A stretch of 64,000 nt of DNA, from assembly GCA_964016885.1 (NCBI GenBank), contig OZ024743.1:29016001-29080000 (forward strand). Reading direction: 5' to 3'. The stretch is from Eledone cirrhosa (lineage: Eukaryota). This document shows positions 63,922-64,000 of this stretch, piece by piece. Position numbers and translations under genes: made by a program. The notes beneath the pieces were generated by a model. It was not told the origin of the DNA. It did no database searches and saw only the letters and a program-made list of their open reading frames with translations. Every line of letters starts with the position of its first letter. Position 1 is the stretch's first letter.

Positions 63922-64000
63922 CTATATGATTTTGGGTGTTCCATAAACTACATACTCATTTTGATTCTCATCTATCTAGACTACATTTTAACCTGCAATC

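Overview
Eukaryotic, AT-rich, repeat-dense DNA. The SINE/RTE/Helitron repertoire and microsatellites point to an octopus or related cephalopod (inference). One host gene runs on the minus strand. Six short GT-AG exons (48351 down to 8375) join in phase into about 260 aa that resemble the N-terminal half of vertebrate M1AP (meiosis 1 arrest protein); the remaining exons appear to lie left of the window. The 3-11 kb introns and the upstream region are filled with mobile DNA: a decayed near-full-length Tx1/L1 LINE, a decayed near-full-length and a young 5'-truncated RTE LINE, a CRE-clade LINE fragment, several Helitrons, piggyBac and pogo/Tigger fossils, TTAA-flanked MITEs and many tRNA-derived SINEs. 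The least explained feature is a ~430-bp foldback element present twice (58994-59433 and 63504-63921), in which each arm carries a tRNA-like Pol III A/B-box unit facing the centre. Also notable are an RTE with a SINE-like 3' end and a PHD finger inside its ORF, and a CTAG|TC head-to-tail Helitron junction. All homology calls were made by eye or from memory; no searches were run.
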